Positions 1 to 13,508 of a stretch of DNA of 64,000 bases are shown piece after piece; positions within the stretch are counted from its first letter, which is position 1; each line of letters opens with the position of its first letter. The position numbers and the translations under genes were made by a program. Source of the DNA: Octopus sinensis (Eukaryota); contig NC_043016.1 in assembly GCF_006345805.1 (NCBI RefSeq), positions 4,836,001 through 4,900,000 on the forward strand, written 5' to 3'. The notes beneath the pieces are model-generated. The model did no database searches. It was not told where the DNA came from and worked only from the letters and a program-made list of their open reading frames with translations.

Positions 1-115
1 TATTAAGTAGGTGGTGGTGGTGGTGGTGGTGGTGTTGCTGGTGGTGGTGGTGGTGGTGGTGGTGGGGAGGTTATATTTGAAATAGTTGGATTATTAGTTA
101 AGAAATGTGTAGTAC

Positions 116-147
<32 letters not shown>

Positions 148-149
148 GC

Positions 150-180
<31 letters not shown>

Positions 181-520
181 GAAGAAGAAGAAGTAGAAGA
201 AGCAGAAGAAGAAGGAGGAGGAGGAGGAGGAGGAGGACAATACATGAAGGAGGGGAGGGGGAGGGGATGAGGCGAAGAAGAAGAAGAAAAGACAATAAGA
301 AGGAGGAGGAGGAGGAGAAGGAGAACAGACAAAGACAAGAAGAAGGAGAGAAGAAGAGATGAGGATGATGGGGAGAATGAGAAAAAACAGAAGAAGAATA
401 AGGAGAATGAGGAGGAGGAGAGAGATGGAGGAGAGAAGAAGAAGAAGAAGAAGAAGAAGGGGAAGAAGAAGAAGAAGAAGAAGAAGAAGAAGATGATGAT
501 GACGATGATGACGATGATCT
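1..520. repeat. Compound trinucleotide microsatellite (GGT, GCA, GAA, GGA, GAT)n
   Basis: Directly visible runs; they explain the low-complexity ORFs at 3-604. Confidence 0.95.
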
Positions 521-1227
521 TCGAGCATGCATGTACGAAATAAGTTGAGCTAAATCAGTCATCGACAAACAGCTGGCCACGTTAGTTTCTGGACGGAACG
601 CCAATGAAGAATTACCTTGAATCTTTTTTTAGCGGTGCGGCCCGTCTGAATATGAGCCATGTTTCATGCGTCCTGCTTCTCGAAAAAGATTGCCTCTGCC
701 CCAACTAAATAATATTTATATGTTTGTGTTGGTATAATGAGGTGTTACTTGTTTGGGTAACACCTCATTGTATGATTGTATGAACACGAACTAAAAATAC
801 GAAGACAGAAAACAGATCTATCAACCAAAAGCTGGGACGATAAGGCTTTTTAGATATTTCTTTACTGTGAGGAGGAGTAAAGATGTGGTGATTAAGGCAG
901 GATTCTTAGTCAATGTAAAAGAAATACGAAAACGAAAAAAGAAAACGGGAAGAAAAGAACCAAAACATAAACAAAGTGAAGAAAAAAAGTAATGAAAAGG
1001 TGGTGATTTTATCCGAAAAAGCATCTTTTATTGATTCTGAAAGACAGCGTTTCATTAAGAGACGATGATGACGGGTGTATTTTCTGACAAAAAGTGTTAT
1101 TTCGTACAACACTTTCGATTTCAGTTTGAAGTTAAACAAATTCACTCCACTAAAAAGAAAAAAAAATATGACTTCTTCAATTAAAAAGACGTTTGAAAGT
1201 TTAACAACTGTATTTGAAAGAAAATAA

Positions 1228-1660
1228 GAATCTTTTCGGTTTGAATAGCATTTTTTAACATAATTTCTAGGTAACTAAACACTTTTAAACTTCGTATACT
1301 GGAGGAATGTGTTTATAAAACATCTTTTTCTCTTGGCTTTATTGAGAAAATTCTATAGTTTGTAAGATATTTGTTGTTTTTTTTCTTCAATTTCTGCAAT
1401 TTCAACCAATCGATGACGTCTATTGAGTTAAAAAACATTCTGTGCCGTATGAATATGTCCCTCGTTTAAAAAACATATTGGGTTTATTTACATTTCTGAA
1501 GAAAAAAAGAGACCCTTCTCTCCACCCCTAACCCTAACCCTAACTAACCCTAAGCCTAAAAGAGATTGAAATGCAATAGATCGATTCTAGGGTCATAATT
1601 ATGGGTGACAATTTCATATGACACCGCTAGAGAAAAGCCGCCGTTCAAACCGAAAAGATC
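1228..1660 (-). mobile_element. MITE (putative Merlin-type), full copy
   Basis: TIRs g(a)atcttttcggtttgaa...ttcaaaccgaaaagatcc; 8-bp TSD gaaaataa at 1220-1227 and 1661-1668; internal (CCCTAA)n. Confidence 0.9.
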
Positions 1661-2419
1661 CGAAAATAATTGTTAAACTATGTGAAATAATAAAAAAAAT
1701 AGGAAAATTTTTCATTCAGTTTGAGAAACGAACTTGTGTAAAACAAATTTCGTAGACCACTACAAATTCATTAATTAATGCATGTAAGAAAAAAAATGGG
1801 AAAAATCCATAATGAGTTTAAGCTCCATGAAAAAAATTTGCTTCTGATTTTTGACGACAAGACGAATCCTCTAATGACTAAATAATTACATTGTTATTTC
1901 ATATCAGTTAATAAGTATAATTTGTTAAATCTCAACTGGTTGTACTCTGTTACCCCATTTGCAAACTTTTACAGAAATCTATGGCTTATAACACTTCCAT
2001 GAGATAATAACTTAATGTTTATTTGAGTTATGCCGAGTTTTTTCTCTCAATTAATCTATAGCTTTTTTACCCTATATTCTCAAATAGGCTACGGTACTAA
2101 AAAAAGGTGTTAGTAAAACTTAGCGCTGTTATGTTTTCAGGTGTACCTACAGTAAATTACCCCCACTCGCAGATTTCCTTTCCTCGTATTCCTCTTAATA
2201 ATGTATATGCATAGATACATTGATACATACATGCATATGTACACGCACACAGTGTGGAGGATCTCCGTCACTTAACGATGAGGAATCAGTTGTTAGATCA
2301 ATTGAATTTCCTTCCAGCTCCTGAGCATTCTACAGTCATGTGTCCTTAACGTAATTCTCATGTACAATCAGCATAACACAATGTGTGTGTGTATGTGTGT
2401 GTGTGACAGCTGAACAATC

Positions 2420-2777
2420 GGATCTTTTCGGTTTGAACGGCAGTTTTTAACATAATTTCTAGGTAAAAAATTCTAAACTTCGTATACTGGTAGAATGTGT
2501 TTATAAACATCTTTTTCTCTTGGCTTTATTGAGAAAATTCTATAGTTTGTAAGATATTTGTTGTTGTTTTTTCTGCAATTTCTGCAATTTCAACCAATCA
2601 CTGACGTCTATTGAGGTGAAAACATTCTGTGCCGTATGAATATGTCCCACGTTTAAGAAACAGATTGGGTTTATTTACATTTCTGAAGAAAAAAAGATAC
2701 CCTAACCCCCACCCCTAACCCTAACTAACCCTAACCCTAAAACAGATAGAAATGCAATAGATCGATACTAGGGTCAC
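2420..2777 (-). mobile_element. Same MITE, truncated copy
   Basis: Starts with ggatcttttcggtttgaacggcag, same internal sequence with CCCTAA repeats; second TIR missing. Confidence 0.85.
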
Positions 2778-2999
2778 AATAATCACCCGGACGAGCTTTT
2801 ATACAATATATTCATCCACCCAATTTCACTCACAAAGAGGTGACCTGAGACTATGGAAAATGACATTTGCCTTGGGTGCTAAGGCGAATCTGTACAATAT
2901 ATATTCTTGATTTATTAAAAAAATCATCTCCGCTATTCTGTAAGTATGGCATGAGACGGAGTAGGCCTTGCGTTTAGGTGATGCTGAATTTGTTCTGGC

Positions 3000-4130
3000 G
3001 TATATTTATTGGTGTTTTTTTAATGTTCTCTATGGCTCTTGTTGTTGCCATTATCTTCGATGTGGTGGCCTTGATGCTGTTCTTTTGCTGTTGCTTCCAT
3101 TCATGTTTTGTTGTTGTAATAGTTATTACTGTCGGTGCAGCCTCTAGTCTCGTAACTGGTACCGCAATAACTGATCCTGCGGTTGCATGCTGTTCTTATA
3201 CTTGCTGTAGTTGCTTGTGTTGTTGCCGTTCGTGATGTTGATGTTGTAGAGGCCTTATTTCAGCTATAATTTACTGTTATTTTTGTAGAGAACAGGAAGC
3301 TTTTGGGCAATTACTGTTTCCACAAGTGCAGCATCGAAACTTTTTACCTTCCTGGGCCTCCTAGAATATTTATTAGATCGTGGATTTTGTCCAGTGTCTT
3401 TGTTTTCGCCTGAATTAGAATCTTCAACCCAACCTTAACCTAATTTCCCGTTCGGAATACCTCCTTTAGCGTACAAGATTTTCCCCAAACCATACATCAC
3501 CCATCAGAGGTTTGATTCTGGTGGTATGCTTCATGTTTTTATTCAGATCACTCTCATCCTGTGTTAATCGACAGTAGTGTAAAATTTTCAGTTCTTTGTG
3601 TGATGATGGTGTGTTTCTGGGATAGGTTTTCCGAGAAGAAAATAACTCGGATCAATTCAAATTTATGGGTATGTCCGTAAAAATTAATGTCTAGACAAAT
3701 GTTTCTAGACAGAGTTCATCTTGGTCTGAAGGTCTTTTTCATAGATAAGCATCGATATGTAATTGTTTTCCGTTCTGTTTGGTCAAAAAGTGCTGCCGTA
3801 TATTCAGCGAAGCTGTTCTCTTTTCTAGTCTGGTGATGTGTTTCTCCAGCTATTCTAAACGTTTATAAATTGTGTCGAAGAGATATATTCGAAAATTTTA
3901 GTGAACTTGGCAATATTGGAAATATTTTTGTTGTGTTTTATTTTTTTCCCTGCTACTGTTGTTATTGTGTTTGTTGTTTTCGTAATAGCTTTTTATAGGG
4001 TTTGTGGTTTGTTTGTTTTGCTACATTTTGTTGCTGTAATGGAGGTAAAGCGATATTTCCTTCCGCTTTCGATTTTGAGAGATTCTTTCGTTGACATGTT
4101 GTTGCTGTTGTTGTTGTTGTTGTTATTGTA
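3000..4130 (-). pseudogene. Possible decayed LINE ORF1 remnant
   Basis: Strand-biased N/T/Q-rich stretch with coiled-coil-like LEKHITRLEKRTASL and Cys-rich KKFRCCTCGNSNCPKASC segments, interrupted by stops; family not established. Confidence 0.3.
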
Positions 4131-4346
4131 ACTATTGTTATCGATACAGACACTGCTGCTGCTTTTTTTTTTAGACCCTTATAGTTCTAGTCAACTAAGA
4201 AACAAAACAAAACAAAATAATCGACAAAAGCAAATTTCTGAATTGGGAAACAAGATACAAACTCACTGAGCTTTCAAAATACGTTCAAAATAAACAACTC
4301 CAGCGACAATAGTGGTAGTGGTAGTGGTGGTAGTAGTAGTAGTAGC

Positions 4347-4388
<42 letters not shown>

Positions 4389-5162
4389 GGTGGTGGTGGT
4401 GGTGGTGGTGCTTAGTAGCAGCAGCAGTAACAGTAGTTTCTAAGACTACATTAACCATTTTTCCTTTGTTCATATTTAAAAGGATTTGCAATATTTGGCA
4501 GGAATTGAATTAGCATCGATTTCCCGATGCGGCCTCCTTTGTCCTATCAGTTAACAGCTACGCGTTAAGTGTTTAGGTGGCCCAGCATTCCACCAACGCA
4601 AGTACTGGTGTGAATTTGCTCGGCTTAGTCCTTCAAGTCGGCGCCCCACTGCAATTTTCCAGCAGAACCAGTTTAACAGTACGTAACATGTCTGGGTCCT
4701 CCCTGTCGGGCAATATATCTCCCTATCTATGGGCTTGCAAGCAGCTTGTCTACGCAGCTTCATTCGCAGAGCTTGAGTCGATCTTTGGTTATGGTGAAAG
4801 ACATTTATCAAAAGAGCCACACAATAAATTCGATCTCAGGATATTTTGCTACTTGTTTCAGTCATTCAACCGTGGCCAAGCTGGGGCGCCGCCTTGAAAG
4901 ACTTAGCCGAATAAATTCACACAAGTACTCGCGTTTTTAAGTCTGGTTCGTATTCTATCGATCCCTTTGGCGAGACGCTAAGGTGTGGAGACGTTAAAAG
5001 TCAAACACCAAATATCAAGTGTTGGTGGTGAGGAGCAAAGATACACACGCACACAATATATACGTCTATACACATATATCACCTATATATGCACATATAC
5101 CACCTATATATATATAATATATATATACATATATATATATGTGTATATATATATATATCACC

Positions 5163-5193
<31 letters not shown>

Positions 5194-5654
5194 CACCTAT
5201 ATTGTATTATATATATATATTATATATATATATATATAATTTATCACCTATATATGTTGTGTATATGTGTAATATATATATATATATTGATTGACAGATA
5301 CATAGACAGACAGGCAGGCAGACATACAGACATACAGACAGATATACGGACAGACAGACAGAAAGGTAGATAGCTAGACAGACAGACAGGCAGGCAGGCA
5401 GACAGACAGACAGACAGTCAGACAGACAGACAGACAGACAGACAGATAGATATCAAAACAAAGATACCTGCCAAATTTGTAAATCCATGGCTGCTTTAAC
5501 CGCTAAAGATGGTGCGTTTTTACGGAGTGATACATAAAATAGACAGAAATAATGGGTTATATATATCTATATTACAGCTGTTTCAGATATGCATAAAACC
5601 TATTATTTCTGTCTATTGTATGTATATATGTATGTATGAATGTATGTATGTACG

Positions 5655-5707
<53 letters not shown>

Positions 5708-5735
5708 GGTGTGTGAGTATGTGTGTATCGGTCAT

Positions 5736-5933
5736 TCAAAATGTGACCGCGTGTGTACCGTTGGCGATTTTTTTCCTCCGTCTTCCCTTCTTTGGATCTT
5801 TCCTTTTCTATGTTTCTGACGAAGAGCTCCCTCGAAACGTTAAACCTCCTTTCCTGAGCGTCCAATAATACTATACTTGTTCCACGTCCCCGCGTTGTTG
5901 TGTTTTCTCTTTATGTTTTCATGTTTGGATTAC
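5736..5933 (+). mobile_element. Small (TA)n-embedded repeat, Penelope-pLTR-like
   Basis: Reverse complement of the copy at 58398-58630; contains a hammerhead motif; flanked by TA/TG microsatellite. Confidence 0.7.
5812..5845 (+). ncRNA. Minimal type I hammerhead ribozyme motif, canonical core
   Basis: GTTT-CTGACGA-A-GAG(ctcc)CTC-GAA-AC|GT-T-AAAC: stem I 4 bp, stem II 3 bp, palindromic ACGT stem III. Confidence 0.75.
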
Positions 5934-5941
5934 TATATATA

Positions 5942-5990
<49 letters not shown>

Positions 5991-6489
5991 CATACATAAG
6001 CATATACACACATGTAACACACATATCTTATAGAAAATACATTTACAATATTTGCATCTACACTATATGCTGATCAGTTTCGTCTTCTGATTGTCTCCAA
6101 CGTCGTAATTCCTGAATGTGTATGTAGTCTCAAATTAGATTTAAACGATCCTCTCTTTAAATCAATTCAATCACCGCTACTAGCTTTGAACATATATATA
6201 AATTAGATGTCTTTAATATAATAACGTTTTGATTCCGTTTATATTTTTAGAATAGTTGTATAAGTGCTGTGTTTTTCTTTAATTTTAAACTTTAGTTGAA
6301 CAAATTATACATCAGTGGAAAACGCAAGAAACTTGCTTAAATCAGAGTTGGTGGACGACTGGGTTTGTTTTTGTCAACAGTATAAAGAAATTCGTTAAAG
6401 AGAATGACATTTTGCCGTCTAAATGTCCTAATTTTATTTCTGACATTTATATCAACTTAGTGAGTTCGTTTGATTCGAAATCAGCTGTT

Positions 6490-7160
6490 TAGCATGACAT
6501 TTGAAAGGGTCTGAAGAAACTTTGTGGCGCTTAAAGGAGACAAAAGCTTTACGTTAGAAATAGGTGGAGATAAACAGTAACAGCTACTTACAAAGGATAA
6601 TAAAGTAACTTGACATTTTCAAAGGGTCAGCAGAAGAAAGAAAGAAGCTTTACATTGAATAATATTGGATGGTGAGCCGATAACATCAACGATGTGCAAA
6701 GGATAGAAAGTTGACATTTGAAGGGCTATAAAGGAACCGTTTGGTGCTTTAAGGAAACAAAGCTTTACGTTGGATGTACGGAGGAGATGAACAAACAAAC
6801 TATAGCGATGTAAAGAATGTTATGCACCTTGACATTTCAAACATCTGGGAAAGCTGTGGAATTTACAAGAAACAGAGATTTATGAAAAAAAAAAATAGAA
6901 AGAAAGGGTACTCATGAGAAGGGCAGGTGTTTCGATTTTAAATAATTTAGTCAGAATCTTTGAGGTCTCCTTGTCTTTAAACACTGGAAATGGTTATGGC
7001 AAATATCCATCATGAACGTTTGCAATTCATCGTTTGCTGAAAAATGAAGTGCGAAAAGGTAACAGAATCAACGATGTCGTAAAAGATGTGTAACTTGACA
7101 TTTGGAAGGGTTTAAAGAAACTTTGATGAACTTAAAAGGTGTGACAAAAGCTTGTTAAGG
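6490..7160. repeat. Degenerate tandem repeat, about 100-130 bp unit
   Basis: Recurrent TGACATTT(N)(A)AGGG...AAGCTTTAC motifs near 6496, 6610, 6712, 6829 and 7096. Confidence 0.6.
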
Positions 7161-7699
7161 CTTTAATTAAAAAAGTATGGAAGGGAATCAGATAATAAGT
7201 AATACTGAGAAAATGATGAGCAATGAAGCAAAAACGTTAATAGTTCAAGTGACATCAAAATCTACTTTTTAAAAATACTTTAGCTGTACTTAGGGAAAAT
7301 AAATTAAGAAAATATATGAGGCGAAACTGTGATGCAAAAATGTAATTAAATAAAATGTTTGATTAAAAATGTGATAAAGTCAGGAAGAAAAAATATGATC
7401 GAAAATGAGGAGAAATAAGAATGAAAATAAATTTAAAAAAATATAAAAACATTAAATTTTTCAAATTTAGCCCTGCAATGTGAGGCTCATGGCTGTGTCC
7501 TAAGAAAGGAGTGTCCTAAGAAAGTGCAAAATTTTCAATCTGCTGGGGATTTTTCTATCATTCTTGGTTGTAGCCGCTATCGATTTACTATGCATTTTGA
7601 AAAATAATATATAATTGTGACTGCTATGCTGGATCGAACGCAGGACTTCATAGTTGCTAAATTAAATTCTTAACAATGCTTTGTCAGTGGCCATTTTAA

Positions 7700-8015
7700 C
7701 CTACCTACCTACCTACCTGCCTACCTACATACACACACATATATACACACATACATACATACATACATACATGCATATATACATACATACATACATACAT
7801 ACATACATACATACAATACATACATACATACATACATACATACATACATGCATATATACATACATACATACATACATACATACATACATGCACACATACA
7901 TACATACATACATACATACATACATGCATATATACATACATACATACATACATACATACATACATACATACATACATACATACATACATACACACACGCA
8001 ACATATATACACACA
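7700..8015. repeat. (TACA)n microsatellite
   Basis: Visible array. Confidence 0.95.
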
Positions 8016-8695
8016 CATACATATAAGAAGTACTGGTGGAATACCTCAATAAAAACATCTATTCGGTACAAATATGACAGCAGACGTAATATTGTTGGGG
8101 CGGGGGACAGAGAGCAGAAGTCATGCACTGTTGTAGGGATCATCTGTGAATATACAATAAAAGTTCCAGGGAAAAGAAAACGTTTCTGGTGATTTAATAC
8201 GAAATTTACATAACAACAAAGCTGCATTGGCTTATCGACCAACAAATTTTGCACAAAAACCTAGAAATGCTTGGTCTCGCAGAGAAAGAGCAAAAGAAAC
8301 TGCCGCCGTTCCTCCAAATCCAATGCGTTATTAGTGGTGCAGTGAAAATGTGTAAGACATTCTAAAAATTCTTCTTGTGAGTTTCTTATGTTAATAGATG
8401 CACACACTTCAGTGTATGCACCAACAGTTCGGCCAGCACCGCAATTCAACCATATATTTACAAACACCGAAAACTCTCTTAACTTAAAAAAACCTCGTTT
8501 ACCGACCAGCTTCAACTATCTCAAGAGGAACTTGAATAAAACTCCAAGAGAAATCCTACATGCATACATACAAAAACAATAAAAGCCTATGATGTGCTAG
8601 TTTATGACTTAACGATTCGCACGCACGCAAAACTGCTGTGATTATTCAGATGTCTTTCACAAAGAGGAATATTATCTTACGGGTACAGCGAAATC

Positions 8696-9121
8696 GGATC
8701 TTTTCGGTTTGAACGGCAGTTTTTTCTAACGGTGTCATATGAAATTGTCACCCATAATTATGACCCTAGAATCGATCTATTGCATCTCAATCTGTTTTAG
8801 GGTTAGGGTTAGTTAGGATTAAGGTTAGGGGTAAGGGTATCTTTTTTTCTTCACAAATGTAAATAAACCCAATCTGTTTCTTAAACGAGGGACATATACG
8901 GCACAGAATGTTTTTTTTATCTCAATAAACGTCATTGCTTGGTTGAAATTGCAGAAATTGCAGAAAAAACAACAACAAATATCTTACAAACTATAGAATT
9001 TTCTCAATAAAGCCAAGAGAAAAAGATGTTCTATAAACACATTCTACCAGTATACGAAGTGTAAAATTTTTTAGTTACCTAGAAATTATGTTAAAAACTG
9101 CCGTTCAAACCGAAAAGGTCC
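8696..9121 (+). mobile_element. MITE (putative Merlin-type), full copy
   Basis: Both TIRs; TSD gcgaaatc at 8688-8695 and 9122-9129; internal TTAGGG repeats. Confidence 0.9.
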
Positions 9122-9520
9122 GCGAAATCTTATTGGTCATTGTTCCTAAGTCTAAATATATTGCATACATCACTTGCTTCCGGCTGATTCATTGTTAGAA
9201 AGTAACCATCAACAGGGCAGTAATGGTACTTTAATATTGCTGCTAATATGTGATGCTAAAATAAAACAATATGGCGGATTTGTCCAATAAGATTTCTTTT
9301 CGTCAATATAAGAACCCCTGAAATCCCTGAAATTCGGAAAAGACTTCACCACGATTAGCATCGTGGTCATTAGGTAAGCGATGAAAGCTATAAAATCATT
9401 GTTATACCATTGGATCAAAAGAGAGAGTGTGTATGAGAGAGTGTGTGTGTGCGTGTGTGAGAGAGAGAGTGTGTGTATGAAAGAAGAGGGAGAGAGAGTG
9501 TGTATGTGTGACAGAAAGAA

Positions 9521-9577
<57 letters not shown>

Positions 9578-9589
9578 TAACCTACATTT

Positions 9590-10680
9590 AGATATCTCTA
9601 TAAGAAGTGTCGAGGTGGTGAATCTTATGGATTGTTCATCTTTGACACACCAGAATCGGATCACTACCCATAACCTTTATTGCAGCGACGATGGCCAGAC
9701 AATCTCACGCAATGTGTTCACGGTTATACCCTGAGCAATTTACAAAAGACCTGACAGACTTATCCAAGGTTGTTTGGCTCAAATATTACTATTGCAACCA
9801 AGTTAATAATTGTGAAATTTTTTGGATATTACGTTAGATCTTAGAGAGATCAGCATTATTCATTTAGAAACAAAGCGATGAGACTATAAATTCAAACTAA
9901 TTCCAGTCACCCCTGCAGCTGTCATGAGAAACTTTGTAATTGTATAAGTAGGAGAGTCTACAGACTGTCATCAGACGGAAGTTTCTAACTGAGTTTTTAT
10001 GACAAGGCTCTTGTCAGGAGCGGCTTCCCTGAGAAGTTAATTTACATGGAGGCGATCCCTATCAACCAACCTCAGTGGACAGTCAGAGAAACAAGTGTAA
10101 TTTGATTTAACCACCCAATTTAGATGTTTCCATCAATATAGGCGGGAATTGTTTATTGTTAGTAAGGTATCAATGTCCACCTACATACACATATCATAAC
10201 CTTCTACAGTCACATGTTGTTAGATCACTTCCATTATCAAACGCGGCAATCAAAAACATACATCCATAGAGCTCCCAAACCAACAGTCGTCTTGTAATTA
10301 TCGAAGTAGATCCACTTTTTCGCTCAGAGAATCGAGCTTCTCCGGAGAAGTGGTATCCTGAGGAACAACACGTTTGTTCACCGCTAACGAATTTAAGGGA
10401 TACCACAGTCAATAGTTGTACTACTTCTAGTATAGGAACAAAGTAAACTCAACTTTTTAATCCACATTTATTTGAAAACTCAGTGAGTAAGGCCACGCTA
10501 ACTCATATTACTACTTGGGGTGTCATTAGCAGAGCTACTCTACATTTCAACGCACTATATAAATGTAGTCTTTGCATATCTGATAAATTCCAGATACTGA
10601 AACAGTTTACAATAATCGCTCAACAGAAAAGTCGTGGTATTAAATAACTGTTGCCATACGCAGACATTTCTTCTGTAGAA
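9590..10680 (+). pseudogene. Penelope-like element: decayed RT plus GIY-YIG endonuclease ORF
   Basis: Manual translation across frameshifts gives VEVVNLM(G)LFI, LYCSDDG (YRDDG), NITIATKLIIVKFLDITLDL, SSHP, ISRRVYRLSS, IW*FNHP..VSINIG, WGVISRA..KCSLCISDKFQIL and LNRK..CCH, collinear with PLE proteins. Confidence 0.85.
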
Positions 10681-11273
10681 TTTTCAGCGGGATAAACATG
10701 ATGCAATATTGAAAAATTCGAAGAAGGCAAGACATTCTTGAATACAACCCACGCAGTGCAGTCTCTGTTGCTGAGAAGTATACATGTGACGGGAGTGCCA
10801 CACTTCGGAAACCGACTTAAAGCTTGTCTGGATGTTGACAACGTGTTTTACATCGACCAATAAAAAAACAACCTTGCTAAAAGACTTACATAAAGCTCGC
10901 TTTAAAATGCAGACACGTTTCTATCATTAAAGACAACAGAAAGACAACGGATGTTTTGCGACTAATTCAATATAAGTGGTGCAATTGAAGGCCATTAGCT
11001 CTCTCTCTCTCTTTCTCTCTCTCTCTATATATATATATTTAATATAGGCGTAGGAGTGGCTGTGTGGAAAGTAGCTTCTTACGAACCACATGGTTCCGGG
11101 TTCAGTGGTACTTTGGGTAAGTGATTTATATATATATTATATATATATATATATAATCAGTTTCTCAGTCTTCTCTGGACGCATTCCTTTTCTGCTTGCT
11201 GGATCACCGTTACCCACTATATATAAAACTCGAACGCTGTGCATTATATATATTTATATATGTATATATATAT

Positions 11274-11309
<36 letters not shown>

Positions 11310-12001
11310 GGCGTAGACGAATAGATACATACATGCACCCAACCCACGCACATATAGACGCACGACAAACACCGCGCGCCTCGCACACACAAACACACAC
11401 ATACACACACACGCACCACACACACACACACCACCACACACACGCACTCGAATTGTAAATCACTCTGTACAAAGTTTAAATCTATTTCCCCGTTTAAAAG
11501 CGGAAACAAGTTCAATCCCAGCCGGTGTCTGACAGCTAAATGTGACTTCTGACTGACTTTTATCTCTATTGCCAACTGTGTCACTGACCCAAGAAACTAT
11601 TCCGGAAGCAAACAGTTACTCCCTCGAATTCAGACCATTTAGGAAGTGGAATGATGAAGTTTATGAACCACATTTGGCAGCAGAAGCATTTTTTTGTATA
11701 ACCTGGATGAGGTATTAGATGTGATAATAATATATTTGAAATACTTGACCTGGTATAGCGTGACATATGCGGAAGAAATGATATGAGAAAAATTCTTAGA
11801 GCGGTGCGAAGTTTGAAATTAGCTGACTTGATTAACGATAAATTGTCTTTACACACACACACACACACTTTTGCGCGCACATCCAGATGTGTCTACGTGT
11901 ATGTGTATGTATGTATATGTGTGTATATGCCTATATATATAATAATTATATATATAGTATTATATAATATTATATATATATATATATAGATAGATAGATA
12001 G

Positions 12002-12039
<38 letters not shown>

Positions 12040-12042
<3 letters not shown>

Positions 12043-12194
12043 CTTTTTATTGTGGCCACACAGGGCTAAACATAGAATAAAAATGGACGAAATAACATTT
12101 AGAGTTTTTTTTCTTTTCGAGGTGGGATGGGTGGGACATACAAAGAAAAAAGGTTCGATCAATAGAGATCTGTGGGTTTGGTGGTGTATAAAAA

Positions 12195-12253
<59 letters not shown>

Positions 12254-12520
12254 AAGTTCACAGTTTAGGTGTAGCCCTGGAAAGAAAAACCTACAAAAAA
12301 GACAAGTTCACTCAGACAGTTCGAAAATGAACACATGAGTAAGTCGCCTACCTCTTGTGTCTCTTTTGGTCACAGATTCACGCTTAAATAGTGTCGTCTT
12401 TCATACTGACCATTTTTGGCCACTTTTACCCACTTTTTATTAAAACATTCGTTCGACAAAGCCTTCCTCTCTATTCTCATCCTCCTTTTCAAGTGGTACT
12501 TGAAAAGTTGACGAGGAAAG
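12040..12520 (-). mobile_element. 5'-truncated Tx1/L1-clade LINE 3' end within (GATA)n
   Basis: ORF2 C-terminus-like [30 protein letters not shown], then a 3' UTR ending gccctgtgtggccacaataaaaag; (GATA)n on both sides. Confidence 0.7.
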
Positions 12521-12531
12521 ATAGATAGATG

Positions 12532-12623
<92 letters not shown>

Positions 12624-12666
12624 GTAGGTAGATAGATAAGATAGATAGATAGATAGATAGATAGAG

Positions 12667-12734
<68 letters not shown>

Positions 12735-12997
12735 CTTTATTATTAGTCAACTGGTTAATTAATCGATCGATTGCTTAACTGTGCAATCTTTATAGTGATT
12801 GTCAGTCGGTTCGGGAGACTTAGAATAGAAGATGAAAATGTTGCAACGACAACCAAATTTTGCCAACGCAATGATCGGCAAACGTTTTAAGTCATCATCA
12901 CCCTTTTCGTTATAAAATAATATTTGATATCTACTTAAATGTATTGTGTCAAGAAATATTTGACTATTATGTTGGACTATATATAAAAAACAAACAC

Positions 12998-13028
<31 letters not shown>

Positions 13029-13435
13029 ATATAACACTATATATTACGCGCACACGTAAATACACACACATATTGTGTCATTACACCAATAACAACACAC
13101 GCATTGGCTCAATATCATTTCTTTCTTACTATTCAATAGATTAAATGTGTAGCCAACTAACTAATCAATAATTTGTTTAATGTGTTAGTTAAATAATCAA
13201 TTAGTTGTTTGTTTGTCAACGTCCATTCGTCGGTATTCGTGACCTCTTCTATGTTTTGCGCTCTGGAAGACTAAAAAATAACCAACTGATTGCTTTAAAA
13301 GCACATTATACAAATCATTGGTATTGAACAGTGCGTGTGCTTATTATCATTGGCGTGATGACCCTCCGAGATACAAGATATATTTTCATCACACAAATTC
13401 ACATTAATAATCTTGGAAATCAAATACAAAAACGT

Positions 13436-13477
<42 letters not shown>

Positions 13478-13508
13478 ATATATCTATATTATATATATAT
13501 ATATATAT

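Noticed and set aside
1525-1560. Interstitial telomere as a chromosome-fusion relic
   Set aside because: Only 2-4 units, always at the same position inside the MITE.
4595-4935. 54-bp imperfect inverted repeat (4595-4648 / 4882-4935)
   Set aside because: Both arms resemble the common SINE tail; two opposite fragments explain it.
10770-10830. Hammerhead expected downstream of the Penelope ORF
   Set aside because: ctgagaag..ggaaac lacks consistent stems.
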